This document shows, piece by piece, positions 13,506 to 27,001 of a stretch of DNA of 64,000 nucleotides. The position numbers and the translations under genes were made by a program. The stretch is from positions 372,001-436,000 of the forward strand of contig MCFH01000032.1 of the NCBI GenBank assembly GCA_002104945.1, read 5' to 3'. The stretch is from Piromyces finnis finn (taxonomy: Eukaryota > Fungi > Neocallimastigomycota). Position 1 is the stretch's first letter. Every line of letters starts with the position of its first letter. The notes below the pieces were generated by a model, which made no database searches, had not been told where the DNA came from, and saw only the letters and a program-made list of their open reading frames with translations.

Positions 13506-16405
13506 TTGAAACATATATTATGCTTTTTTAATTATTCCTTTAAATGAAAATTGAAAATTAGATTTATTGAATATGGTATGTTTTGATATTTAAAAAATAA
13601 TACTCTATTGTCATATAATAATAAAAATTGAGATAATTTCAAAAAAAAAAAAAATCAAATTTTATTTATAATTTTAAAAATTATCTTTGGTGGTTGGTTT
13701 TTACTACAGACATGTAAATATTGACTTTTTTTTTTTAATTTTAAACATTAAATTCTTCCTTTTTTAAAGGAAAAAAAAAAAGTGAATCTTTATTAACACT
13801 AAATAATAATAATTTCTCTTTTTCTGTTGAAATACTATTGTCAATTTCAATAAATAATAACTATGTTAAAATTAAAAAAACTGTATTTCGGAAAATTCTT
13901 TATTCATATAAATTATTAGTATAAAAAACTAAAGTGGAAATGTCTCCTATGACAAATAAATAAATGATAACAATAATACAAAATATAAAAGAAAGAAATA
14001 AAAAGAAAATATATTGAAATATTGTTTTGTAATTACTTTATATAAACTTTTCATTGCACTTATGATAAAAAGACACTGAGGAAAGAAAATAAAGTGATTC
14101 TATTTTATTGAAAATATATATCATATATATCAATCTATCTATAGATATAGCGTATATATTTCTTTGGTCTATTGTATTGATATACACACACAAGCACTGA
14201 TTTTAGGTAAATTTTTTTTTTATTAATAATAAAAATATGAATTTTCTTTTTCTTTTTCAATTTAAATTTTTATTTTATGGTTTTTTCTTTGTTGTTTTTT
14301 GTTATTATTTTCCTTTTTCAATCCAAAAATAAGCACAAGTTTATACAATCTATAAACCTTTTTTTTTTTGTTTAAATGGGAGGAATCTCGATGACTTTTA
14401 AAAAAAAGATTGAAATAAAAATTTAAATAATAAAAAAGCTTTAAAATGAATTTTAATAATTATTATTATAAAATTATTAAAATTATAATTATTACTTTTT
14501 TTTTTAAATTATGACGACGATGAATGGATTGATGATAAATTATAAAATTATTATTAATAATTAATACATTCATTAAACATTATATATTATATTACATTAT
14601 AGTTATATTATGATTATATTAATACATTTATTTATTATTATATTATATTACATTATGATTATATTAATAGTATTAAAATCAATTTTTAAGTTGTTATATT
14701 TATTATAATATACTTATAATATATATAAATTAAATTACTGATTTAAATTAATTTTATTATTAATTAAACTTTATACATTTTTCTTTCTTTCTAAATGAAC
14801 ACAAAAATAAATATAAATAAACTTTTTATATTGAATTGTAAATCATCAATATATTTATTATATATTATAATGTATTTATAATATATTGTTCATATTTACC
14901 AATATTTTATTGTATTTAATTACTATATTAAGTAATAATTTATTAAAAAAATATGAAATTTTCATATGAATAAATTAAATTATTAATATATTTTACAATA
15001 TATTAAGTGTACTCTTATTATATAATTTATATATTTTATAATATATAAATTTGATAGATTTTAAAGTTTAATTAAAGGGTTAAAGGGTTTTTAGTTGATT
15101 TTTCAAAAGTGGCCTGATTTTTTGTTTGGGTTTGGTTTTATCTGGCAGTGGTCTGGCTAAAATAAAAAAAAAGTCAACTTTTTTATAAAAAATGCTTTAG
15201 TCAATCGATGGTGTTGTTACCTTTTTTTTCTTATTATTATCCATTTTATAAAATGGAAAGGAATGTTAAATGATAAGGTTTTCCAAGTACTTTCCTAATT
15301 CATATATATCTTGGTTACTTTTCATGAAAAGTAGTAATGTTTAAGGATAAAAATGGGATCAAAAAAAGTATAGAAAGTGAGCTGTATGTCATAGTTGAAA
15401 AGCATTAAAGATGGAAAAAGGTTTTTATTAAGTAGTTTGGTGATTTCACACATTAATAAAGTGTAATAATGAATGATGATGAATGTAAAAAAAGAATGTA
15501 TTGAAAAAAAAAAAAAGGTTGAACCTACTACCAAAAGCCAAAAGATATGATGAATGTACTTTTAAATGACATGTCATCTACAAATAGACCTTTAAATATT
15601 GATTTTGTTATAAAACTTTACAATTCTCTTATAGCGTAGATTAACAGTAAATTTGAAATCCTTTTTTTTTTTTTTTAATGAAAGAAATCTGGTAGAAACT
15701 TGGTTTTAGTACTTTAAGAAATAAAAAGTTAAAGGTTAATGATAAACTTTAACGTAAAGTAATGTCATTATTGTAAAAGTAGTTTAATATAAATGATAAT
15801 GATTGTCGTTAACAAATTGGTTATAGTACAGATAATGATTGTCATACCTTTTTTTTCATTTTATTCCATGGCGTTATGCATTGCATTATCTTTTTTATTA
15901 ATACAATGAAGCTTCATTGTATTACATTAGCCTTGATGATAGGTATTTTTAACATTTTTAATTTTCTTTGGAAGGAACATGATTAAATGTCACTTTATTT
16001 TAAAAAAAATACCTTTTAATCAATGAATGTTTTTTTTTTTTTTTTTTTTTGCTCTGACTATTAGTATTAACATATTTCTTTTTTTTTTTTTTTTATCAAT
16101 TAAAACACTTTTCAATGATGTGAAAAAGGCGTGTGTGTGTTTGGTGTATTTACCATTAATTATCTACAACAGCAACAACAACAGCAACAACAACAACAGC
16201 AACAACAACGATTTAGTTCAAGGGTTAAGTTTATTCCCATTTTTTTTCGGAGGTCGGTCGGATTAAAAAATGACATTTAAATAAAAAAAAAATTTTTTTT
16301 TCACTTTTTTACTTTTTACCCTTTTTAATTTTAAAATTTTTTTGTAAAAAAGAAACGAAATTTCTTTTAATTTTAAAAGAAAAGAATAAAAAATAAAATA
16401 AAAAA

Positions 16406-18520
16406 ATGGCTTTAAGAGTAAATTATTAGTTTTCATTATTATATAAAAAAGTGTTCTTTTATTATTATTTAAAATTAAAATGGATATTTAATACTTTTTT
16501 TTTTTTTTTAAAAAAGTATTTAGGTCAAACTCTTGCCCAACAAGTAAATTTCTTGACGAATTTTTAATTTACTATAGTACACACATACACATATATATAT
16601 ATTTAAAAAAGAAAAATAAAATAAATTGAATGAAAAAAAAAAGTTTTCAATTATTGATAATTTTTATCGGGAGCAACTAAATATTAGTAGAAAAAGATTG
16701 AGAGAAATATATATATATAATAATAATTAATAATTACTTAAAGATATAGTCAATGGTGTCGTTTTTTATCAATACTTAAATATTCATTATTTATTATTTT
16801 CAATGTATATATACATATATATATATATATTTTTTTTTAAAAAAAAAAGATTGATGTAGAACTCATGTCACCAACTGCTGGTTGCTTTTCCATTGACCAA
16901 TTAATGGAATTAGCTGGTTTTAGTGTTGCTCAAGCTATCACCAAAGTTTATTCAAAAGAAAAATTCCCAAGAGTTCTTATCTGTGTTGGTAATTAATGTT
17001 ACAAAACAATATAAATATACAATATAAAGATTTAATTATATGAAATTCAAAATTTTAAATTTCTGAAATTTCTATTTTTTTTTTTTTTTTTTTTAATAAT
17101 TCATTACAATTCAAATTTTAAAAATAAAACAACAGGTCCAGGTAAATAGGATATAGTTGTACTATTATTATTTCAATAAACATATTTTTTTTTGTAATTA
17201 TTTCTTATTTTAAAAATAATAAATATATATTATGTTTTTTTATTAAAAATCCAAATTTAAAAATTCAAATATAAACAATTCAACACTACTACAACAACCT
17301 CAACAATGAAAAGGTAACAATGGAGGTGACGGTTTAGTTTGTGCTAGACATTTACATCATTTTGGTTACCAACCATCTATTTTTTACCCAAAACAACCAA
17401 ATAAGCTTCTTTATCAAGTGAATATTATTATTAAAAAAATATTTTTATAATTTTGGTTTGAAATCTGAAATTTTGAAATGATAAAATTTATTTTACATAC
17501 CTTTTTTTTTTTTTAAAAAAATAATAACAATATTACTTTGTTTGTTTAGAAAATAATTATTTTATACATAATAAAGTAAATGGTATTAAATATTCATTAT
17601 TATTAATTTAAATATTATAGAACTTAACAAATCAATTACGTAATCTTGATGTCTCTATGGTAAATAATCTTAATGACCAATTAACAAAGAGTGATTTAAT
17701 TGTTGATGGTATTTTTGGTAAGGCTATAATGTTTTTTTTTTTTTTTCCTGTTATTTATATCTAAATTAACATTTTTTATAAACACCACTACCACCAACAA
17801 AAATAATAATAAAAGATATTTTTATATTTTTACCAAGAATAAAATTTTAAATTCCAATTAAATTATTATTTTATATTATTTTAATAGGTTTTAGTTTTTC
17901 AGGTGGTATTAGAGCTCCATTTGATGAAGTTATCAAGGTAAGCTTTTTTTTTTTTTATTATGAAAATGATTTATTAACTAATAATACCATTAATATATAT
18001 TATATTATAATAATTCCTTGATTCCTTTTTGATAATTTTTATATTCCATTTCTCCATTTTATGCAACAAATATTTAATAATCCAATATTAATCATATATT
18101 ATAAAGACTTTAAAATCATCAACTTTACCAATTGTTTCTATTGATATTCCATCTGGATGGAATGTTGAACAAGGTAACATTGATAATGTTGGTTTAGAAC
18201 CAGAAATGTTAGTTTCTTTAACTGCTCCAAAAATAGCTGCTAAATTCTTTAAGGGAAAACATCACTTCCTTGGAGGAAGATTCATTCCACCGTAAATGTT
18301 AAAAAAAAAAAAAATCATACCTTTATACCTACATATTTTACTATTACTATTATTTTTTTAAAAAAAAGAAATAATTCATAATGTATATAACCATTTATAT
18401 CTTTTTTTTTTATTTATTTTTATTAATACTTTCAATAATGATAGATCTTTTGCTAAGAAATATGAATTAAATCTTCCAGAATATCCAGGATCTGATCAAT
18501 GTGTTAGACTTCCAAACTAA
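16406..18520 (+). CDS. NAXE: NAD(P)H-hydrate epimerase (YjeF_N; NAXE/Nnr1 family), 9 exons
   Basis: Spliced translation: MALR|YLGQTLAQQ|IDVELMS...[18 protein letters not shown]...VLICV|GP|[14 protein letters not shown]...|...DLIVDGIF|GFSF...|...[13 protein letters not shown]...LVSLTAPK...HFLGGRFIP|P...[12 protein letters not shown]. All introns are GT-AG. Confidence 0.95.
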
Positions 18521-18845
18521 AAAATATATATATAAAACTTAACAGAATATAAAAAAAGAATCTATATTTTCAATATATATAAATAACTAATTAGTATAAA
18601 TACATATTAAAAAAAGCAAAAAGAAATAAAAAAAAAAAAATAATAATAAAGAAAGAGAACAATTTTTATAATTAATTATCATCATTGTATTAAAAAAATG
18701 ATAAAAATAATAATAATAATAATAACAACAGCAACAATAGTAATAAAAGAGAATAAATGTATAAATGACAATAATTATAATAAATAAAAGTAATCTATAA
18801 ACCTTTAAATATTTATTGCTGCTATAATTCTATCTATTTTATTTT

Positions 18846-18896
18846 TAATTATATTTCAATTATATTTCAATTATATTTCAATTATATTTCAATTAT
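18846..18896. repeat. Short tandem repeat, 11-bp unit (AATTATATTTC) x4
   Basis: Directly visible. Confidence 0.75.
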
Positions 18897-20175
18897 AAAT
18901 TTTTAGTTAAATATTAATATGTATCATTTCTCTTTGAGATTTATATTTTTATTTTATTCTATCCTATCCTCATGTATAATTTAATTAAATAAAAATTATT
19001 AGAAAAAACCCATATCAACAACACTAAAATAGAAACTCAATAAAATTAGCAATGATATAAATGATATATATATAATTTTTTAGAAAAGATATTCTCAACA
19101 TTTGTTAGAGTCTTTATTTTTTTTTTAAACCAAATTCTTTATATAATAATAATAATAATAATAATATATATTTATATTATTATTGCTTTATTACCTTTAT
19201 TATTACTATTATATATTTTTATCTTTTAAAAGTATTAAATGCATGCTTTTATTAAAATTTATAAATTAATATTTAATCAGTTATAATACTTGAAAAAGAA
19301 ATAAATATTATAATATAAAAATAAAAAAAAAGGTAAATCCTAAGGATGTAATGATAATAAGGATAAATAATAATAATGAATAAAAAAAAAACTTTTAACT
19401 AAAAGGATATTTTTTTTTTATATAAAAATAAAAAAAGTTTAAAAGAGTCAGTCAATCAATGAAAAAAAAAAAAAAAAAGAATTGAAGATTACTTCTTCTT
19501 AATATTTTTATTTTTATTTTTAGATTAATAATAAATGTTTAAATGTTTAATCAATTACTACTAGAATGGATAATAACAACAATTAAGTGTTATTTAAATA
19601 ATCATATATCTTATATTTTCTCTTAAAATTCTATACTTTAAAAAAAAAGATTTTAAACTTTATATTTTTATTTTAAATTCAATTTTTTCATCAAAACTTT
19701 AAAAGTATAATTAGTCTTTTTTTATTTATAAAAATACATTTTATATTTTTAGAAAAAGGAAACAAAAAAAAAAAATGTTTTTTTTATATATATAATTTTA
19801 ATTATTTATTTTATAAATAATTAGTATTGTTTAATAATAATAATAACATATAATAATAATAGATAATAATAATAGTAATTGAAATGAAATAGAAACATTA
19901 AAAAGAATTTTAAACCCATTGTTAATATAATAAATATCATATTGGCATACGTAAATAATATTGAAATCATCGTTATCATTATCATCAATAGTCATAATAA
20001 TATTGATTAATAATATTAAAAATAATAATAGGATAGCCAAAATTCCTTTTTTTTTTTTTAATAAGATTCATTATCATTAAAAATATATTATATATACATA
20101 TATATATATATATATATAATCATTATGTTTTAATATTTTGAATTAGCTACCACCATAATATTAGATTAGAAAAAA

Positions 20176-21450
20176 ATGATAATAATAAGTCTAATACTTG
20201 TATTCATATTTCTATCATTAAATCTTTGTAAATATTTTATAAAATAAAAAATATAGAGATTTTTTTTAGTATAAACTAACTCATAATATATATATATATA
20301 TATATTTAAAAAAAAAAGTATTTTGATAGATAATAAATAGATCAATAGAATTATTAATTATTTTCAATTATTTTTTTTAACATTGATTAGGTTCTGCTAA
20401 TAATGACCAAATCATTGTTAATGCTATAGCATTATATAATACATGGGAAAAACAGGTGTATGATCAATATGTTCAATTATTTAATGACTATTCTCAAAAA
20501 AATAATTTAAATATCTATTTTAATGTTACTTATGTGGAATCTCTTATTTCCGATACAAATGAAAATAATCAAAAATATTATCATGCTTTACTGGATTCTT
20601 ATTTAAAAGAAAAATCAAAATCATTTGATATTATTATTTATAATAATATCTATACCTATAGATATAAATCTTATTTAGAAAATTTAAATAAATGGTTTTC
20701 CGAGGATCATATATCCATGTATTCTAAAGGATTTTCAAAATATACATGTCAATACGATAATAAATGGATTGCATTTGTAATTTTTTTTTTTTTTAAATAT
20801 ATATATTCATTTCATATAAATTAAATATATCTTATAAACAATAGGGAAAAAAATAATTTTTAACATCATTATTATGTTTAACTTTTTTTTTTTTTTAAAA
20901 AAAAACAGCCAATATATATAAGCTATAATGTATTATATTCAAATGAAGATCTATTAAATAAATATAATAAACAAGTACCATTAACATGGAATGAATTAAT
21001 AAAAACTGCATCCTATATTCTGGAAGAAGAAAAAAAACAAAACAATACAGATTTAGTTGGTTATAATGGTTATTTTTCAGGTAAATTCCTTTTCTTCCTC
21101 CTTTTCAAATAATAATATTAAAATATAATTAGTTTTTTTTTATTTCTTTCTTTCTTTTTTTTTTTTATTTAAAAAAAAAAAACATTTTTTTATCATCATA
21201 AAAAATAAATAGTAAATATAAAAATAAATATTTCTAAATATATATATAATATTTTTAATTATTATATAGATACTGAAGATGGAATGGCTTCTCTTTATGA
21301 ATTTATCTATTCTTATAGAGATTCAATGTATAATTCCTATCCTAATATAGATTCCAAGGAAGCTTCACGGGCTCTAAGTATGATTAAAAGATTAAAAAAT
21401 GAAATTTCATCAGGTAATAATAATAACAATAATAAAACAATTATAGTATA

Positions 21451-21488
<38 letters not shown>

Positions 21489-23190
21489 ATATTAAATTTT
21501 TAGTTTTTTTTTTCTATCACCACCACCATCATTATTATTAGTTTACTTTTTTTTTTTCTATCACTACCATCATCATTATTAATAATTTTTTTTATTTTTT
21601 GAAAAAAAAATTTTTATAAATAGTAATTAATTATTAATATACATATTTTCTTTTTTTTTTTTTCTTTATAATTATCTTTTTTTTTTATATATTACGATCC
21701 ATAAATTAGCTAAATTATTTTTATCGGATGAAACAGAAACTGAAAAATTATTAAAAAATGGAAAAGCTATATTTTTAAAATATTGGAATCTTGATGAAGA
21801 GAAAAATCATTATTCCTATATAAAGTCATTATTACCTGGTAATATTGATGGGGTGTCTGGTTCAAGTATTGGAGGAAATAATGCAGGTATTAATACTTTT
21901 ATAAGTAAAGAGAAAAAAAGAGCCACCGTAAAAGTATTAAAATATATTACGTCGAAAACGATTCAAAAACAACTCGTAAGAAATAACGTTATTTACACGG
22001 GAATAAATGAAATTTATCTTGAAGAAAATATTTATATATATTTGAAATCAAGATTTTCTATTGATGTTCAGTTCATATCAAGACCTATTTTCGAATCAAA
22101 AAACTATGAACGATTTTCAAGGAATTACAGAAAGTACTTACACAGTTATATTTATGGAAATTCAACACTCGAAGAAATCATTCAAAATATTGAAGATTTA
22201 ACAAAAATATATACCATAACCTTGGATTCTGAAAATACAACTATAGGTAGAACATTATCTATAATTATTTCAATCCTTGCGATTTTGATGACGTTATCCT
22301 TAAGTTTTCCTTCAATTCATAGGATAAAACCTTATCTGAGTATTTTCTCTAATAATTCATGGACCGTTTTTGTTCTCGGATCCATCATCCTGTTAATGTC
22401 AAGTTTTGCTGTATTTGGTCAGGTGACAGAGGAAAAATGTAGAATAAAATCTATCCTAATTTACATTGGATTTTACTTTAATTTTTCACCCATCATGAAT
22501 AAATACATGTTGATGTTTCCAAAAAATAATAAATTGTTTATGTGGATATGTAACCATAGAAATTTGTTTTATATCGGTGGTCTTTTGTTGGGAATAGGGA
22601 TAGAAATGTTAGGATTTTTTTTTTCTAGCCATGTCACTATTGTTGAATATGAAAATGAAAAACGATACAAAAAATGTACTACTAGCAGTAATAGTTTATT
22701 TTATATTATCAACAATATTTCATGGATCTTGATTTTTATTCTAATTATATCTACAGTTTCTATCGTTATCATGGATTATGTAATGATTCCTTTAAAACCA
22801 TATTGTGTTAATTTTATATTTATTTCTGTGGGAATTACCATTATAAACCTATTTATCTATTTATCATTAAATGAAACCAAAAGTTATATCAGCTATGTAA
22901 AGTTACAAGTCATTTTTCATATCTTATTTTCTTTATCCCTTTATTTATTCTTTTACATTTTCCGATTGATCTATTTATTGTTGCTGAAAAAATTTGGATT
23001 ATTAGACAAAAATAAATATGATCTAAAATCACAAAATGATATTCTTAACAATGACACATCTTCTTACGAAGAAAATACCAAACAAAAAATAAATATAGAA
23101 CAAAGATTACAGACGAAAAAAAATACGCATAATAATAGTATTTCAATTATTAATACTTTTGCTACGGAAAGTATTTCATTTAACGAATAG
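20176..23190 (+). CDS. Receptor with signal peptide, periplasmic-binding-protein type II (solute-binding) domain and class C GPCR-like 7TM; exons 20176-20227, 20391-20776, 20909-21080, 21270-21413, 21710-23190
   Basis: Exons splice in frame. SBP-like motifs include DIIIYNNIY, AF|PIYISYNVLYSNEDLLNKYNKQVPLTWNELI and LPGNIDGVSGSSIGGNNAGIN. The last exon has seven hydrophobic segments with Cys at the TM3 top (EKCRIK) and in ECL2 (YKKCTT). Confidence 0.88.
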
Positions 23191-23585
23191 CTTTATATTA
23201 ATAAATTATAAATGTATATTAGATGTAGATAACAACTAACCCACCAACTACAACCTATAATTATATTAAAAAAAAATTGAAAGAAATTTCTTATAGACTA
23301 TCATCATTATAATATAACCATTAGAAATTTATTAATATATATATATATATATATATACATTTTTTTATCTCTATAATTTATTTATTTTTTTAATAATAAA
23401 AACAACAAACCAATAGATAACGAAGTAAAATCAATGCAAAAAAAAGTAAAAATAGAACAAAACCATATATATATATATATTTTTTGTAACTATCAAACAT
23501 ATTTTTTTTTTAATTTATATATTTTTCTTTTATTTTATTTACATTGATATATAATTACAGTAAAAAAAAAAAAAGATATTTGTAA

Positions 23586-23621
<36 letters not shown>

Positions 23622-24102
23622 TAAATAATATTCTAATTAATAAAAAAAAAACTTTATCAAAATATAAAAAAATATACTTTTTTCTTTTTATATTCCTATT
23701 AAAAATTATAGTTTTATAAAATAAAATCTTTTGTTTTTTTTTTAAATAAATATCATTACTATATGAAACTGTTTGTCTATTGATCTATTGATTATATGTA
23801 CTATTTATTATAAAAGAAGTTTATACAATCTAAATATATTTGTAATTATACTTTCAAATATATACTCTTAAAAAATTCTAAACTTTTAATGTTTTTTGAT
23901 TTATGGGGAAAATGAAGAGGTGGGGAATGAGGCTATTGTTTACTCATTTATTAATATCTAAAAAAGTATTAATGAATGAGTAAAAGTATTAGAATTTTAA
24001 TAACATTTAATATCATTATTTTAATAAATAATATTTAATCCATATTTATTAATGGAAATACTATCTTTTAGTGTGTTGATAAGATATAAATTGATTTAAA
24101 AG

Positions 24103-24130
24103 TATTATTATTATTATTATTATTATTCTA

Positions 24131-24207
<77 letters not shown>
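24103..24207. repeat. (TTA)n microsatellite
   Basis: Directly visible; it produces the spurious poly-Ile ORF 24061-24246. Confidence 0.95.
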
Positions 24208-24208
<1 letters not shown>

Positions 24209-24768
24209 ATATTTATATTTATATATAGATAATCTGTTTTTATCAATTATTGTTTATCATCGTAGTATAATAATCATAGTATAATAGGTCTATATTTATA
24301 TTTATTTATTAAATAAAAAATTTTTTAATTTTGGCTCTACAATAAGGAAATAATTTTATATATTTTACTGGACTTTTAAAACTTTGATCAAAATTTAATA
24401 GACTCCTGAATTCCATCCTTTTTTCAAAATTATTGCACTCTTTAATAATAAATAATGATAATGAAATATAAATGAAATAAAATAATAATTTATATATATA
24501 TTTATATTTATTATTATTTTTTATAATTCTTCTAAAAAAAAAAAATTAATATTTTTAAAACAAATATTTTATAATATAAATTAGACATAAAATATGATCA
24601 ATGAAAGCCACAATTTTTGATATAAATAAGTCTTTTTTTTTTTTTTTTCACTCTTTTTATGAATTATCATTCAATTATAAAAGTATAAAAGATTATAATT
24701 AAAATATATACATATATAAACATTTATATTATTTATATTATTAACCAAAAAAATAGAGAACAATAACA

Positions 24769-25035
24769 ATGGAAGGTTTATGGAGTTCAGTAAAGGAAGG
24801 ATTAAGATTTCTTGGTGAAATGGTTCAATCTGATGATTTAAACTGTGATTTTATTAATGGTGCCATTGATTCTGCTCAAATAGATAATAAGGTAAAAGTA
24901 TACATGAAACAACATCCAAAAGAATCTAGAGAACAAGCTTATCTTCAAGTTTTATACGATAATGGATTACTATCTGCTCATGGATATAAAGTTGGTGTTG
25001 AAGATTTAAAAAAGAAGAATAAATGGGTTAATTAA
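24769..25035 (+). CDS. Small intronless hypothetical protein (88 aa)
   Basis: High-complexity ORF with A-rich start context (aacaATGG) and higher GC than its flanks; no family recognised. Confidence 0.65.
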   Translation: MEGLWSSVKEGLRFLGEMVQSDDLNCDFINGAIDSAQIDNKVKVYMKQHPKESREQAYLQVLYDNGLLSAHGYKVGVEDLKKKNKWVN

Positions 25036-25199
25036 TCTTTAATATTCTATCAAAAAAAAAATTATTCAACCCACTTTTATATAAAAAATAAAAAAATTTA
25101 TTAATAAAGGGTTTATAAAAGTTTACATACTATTAATAATTTATTAATAGTATGTTACTTTTTTAACATTATATAAAAAAGATCAAATATTAATAACTT

Positions 25200-26320
25200 C
25201 ACTATTATTTCTTAAATTAGTGTTCTTATATTCTTTAATATTCACATCAAGGAATACATGTAGATCGTTATAAGTAGCTAATAACACATTTCTCTGAGTA
25301 TCATCTTTTTTATCTATGTCGAATAATTCTATTTTTTTCACGTAATTTATTTACAGCATCTAACAAATTTCTAGAATATGACACTATAGTTTTACGATCA
25401 ATTTCAAAAAAAGATACTTTTTTCTTTCTCTATTAAAAATAGGATTATTAAAAATTAATGTGTGTGTATTAATATTATTATATAATGATATAAAAGTTAA
25501 TATAATTTTAATAGTATGATGATTATTAATATTAAATGTACCTAAAATTTAGATTATTCAAGTATAAAATTAGTTATTTCATTAATAGTAAAGCTGTTAT
25601 TAATATTATTTTTTTTTAGTATATTTCCTAATATAGATATTTTTTGGTTAATAATAACTAGTTATTATTTAATACATTATAAATAATTTTAAAATCAAAT
25701 ATATATATATTTTGGTTAGAATATAGTTCATTTTTATTATCTATTATTATTCCATCAAATACTCTTTTTAATTTTTACTAAATTAAGTCTAGGATATTTA
25801 TACTTGCGTTTCTTTTCCATGTATGGGTAACTGATAATTTTGATCCTATCTTTTTTTTTTTTTAAGAAAAGTTTAAATTATAATTTTTTAAAAAGTATCA
25901 ATGTCTTGTCAATTCAGAAGATATCTATAGACATAGATTTGATGAAATATTAGAATTTGATGAATATTTTTTAGAAAAAAAAAATATTTAAATGAAAACG
26001 ATCCAGAATACATAATAGATAAAAGTGAAAATGATTACAAGATTAAAAATAATTATTTTTTATTTTATCATAGTAAGATGTAGTATACTTGCTTCTTTAA
26101 TTTACAGTTTAACAAATTTATTCAATGGCATGATTCCAAATAAGATATAAGTCTAAAGAAAATATATATTATTGTTTCAACCGATAACCACTACCTATTT
26201 AGAAGGATTATGGAATGAAATAGATTACAATAAAATTATATATGATACCATTACTTTAACTTTTAATGATAATTTTAACAATATTTTTTGAATTGAATGA
26301 TGATGTACGTAATGCTTAAT
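25200..26320. pseudogene. Degraded coding-like relics (minus strand ~25200-25430; plus strand ~25890-26320)
   Basis: Protein-like peptides such as FEIDRKTIVSYSRNLLDAVNKLRE~IELFDIDKKDDTQRNVLLATYNDLHVFLDV and KYQCLVNSEDIYRHRFDEILEFDEYF / LFQPITTTYLEGLWNEIDY, broken by stops and frameshifts. Confidence 0.35.
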
Positions 26321-26779
26321 ATACATAGTATACATAATATACAGTATTATTATTTTATATATTTACATTTATTTCTTTAAATGTTTTTTTTTTTTTTTTT
26401 TATAAAAAAAAAAGCATACATAAAATATGCTTTTTCTTAATAATTGAAAAAATGAATAAAATAAAATTATAAAAGGATAAATCTAATTAATTATTTCTTT
26501 ATTGTTATTATTATAATTTTTTTTATAAAAATATACATTTATCTTTTATTATTTAATTTCTTTTTTTTTTTTTTTTCTTATTTTTCAAAAGGGTTTCATT
26601 ATTGTATATTTTATAATTTTATATTTTGTATTATTACTTTTATTATTATTATTTTAATGTATTGTTTTTTTATTTATATATTTGTTAATAATAATTATAA
26701 ACTTATTATATATATATATTATGTATGTATATGCTTACAGGTAATAAAACAATATAGATATATTTATTATTTAATAACT

Positions 26780-26830
<51 letters not shown>

Positions 26831-27001
26831 GATGGGTAGTTTAAGGGAAAGAATATATAAAGTATCGTTCAACGATTTTTTTTATTCTTTTTTTATTTTA
26901 TTTTTATTTGGATAAAAATTAAAATAAATTCTATCGGAGGGTTTTTTTTTTTTTTTGGTGGTGGTGGTGGTGGTTTTTTTAATAGTTGGATTGGTTTAAG
27001 C

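Noticed and set aside
24061-24246. Poly-Ile ORF
   Set aside because: Microsatellite artefact.
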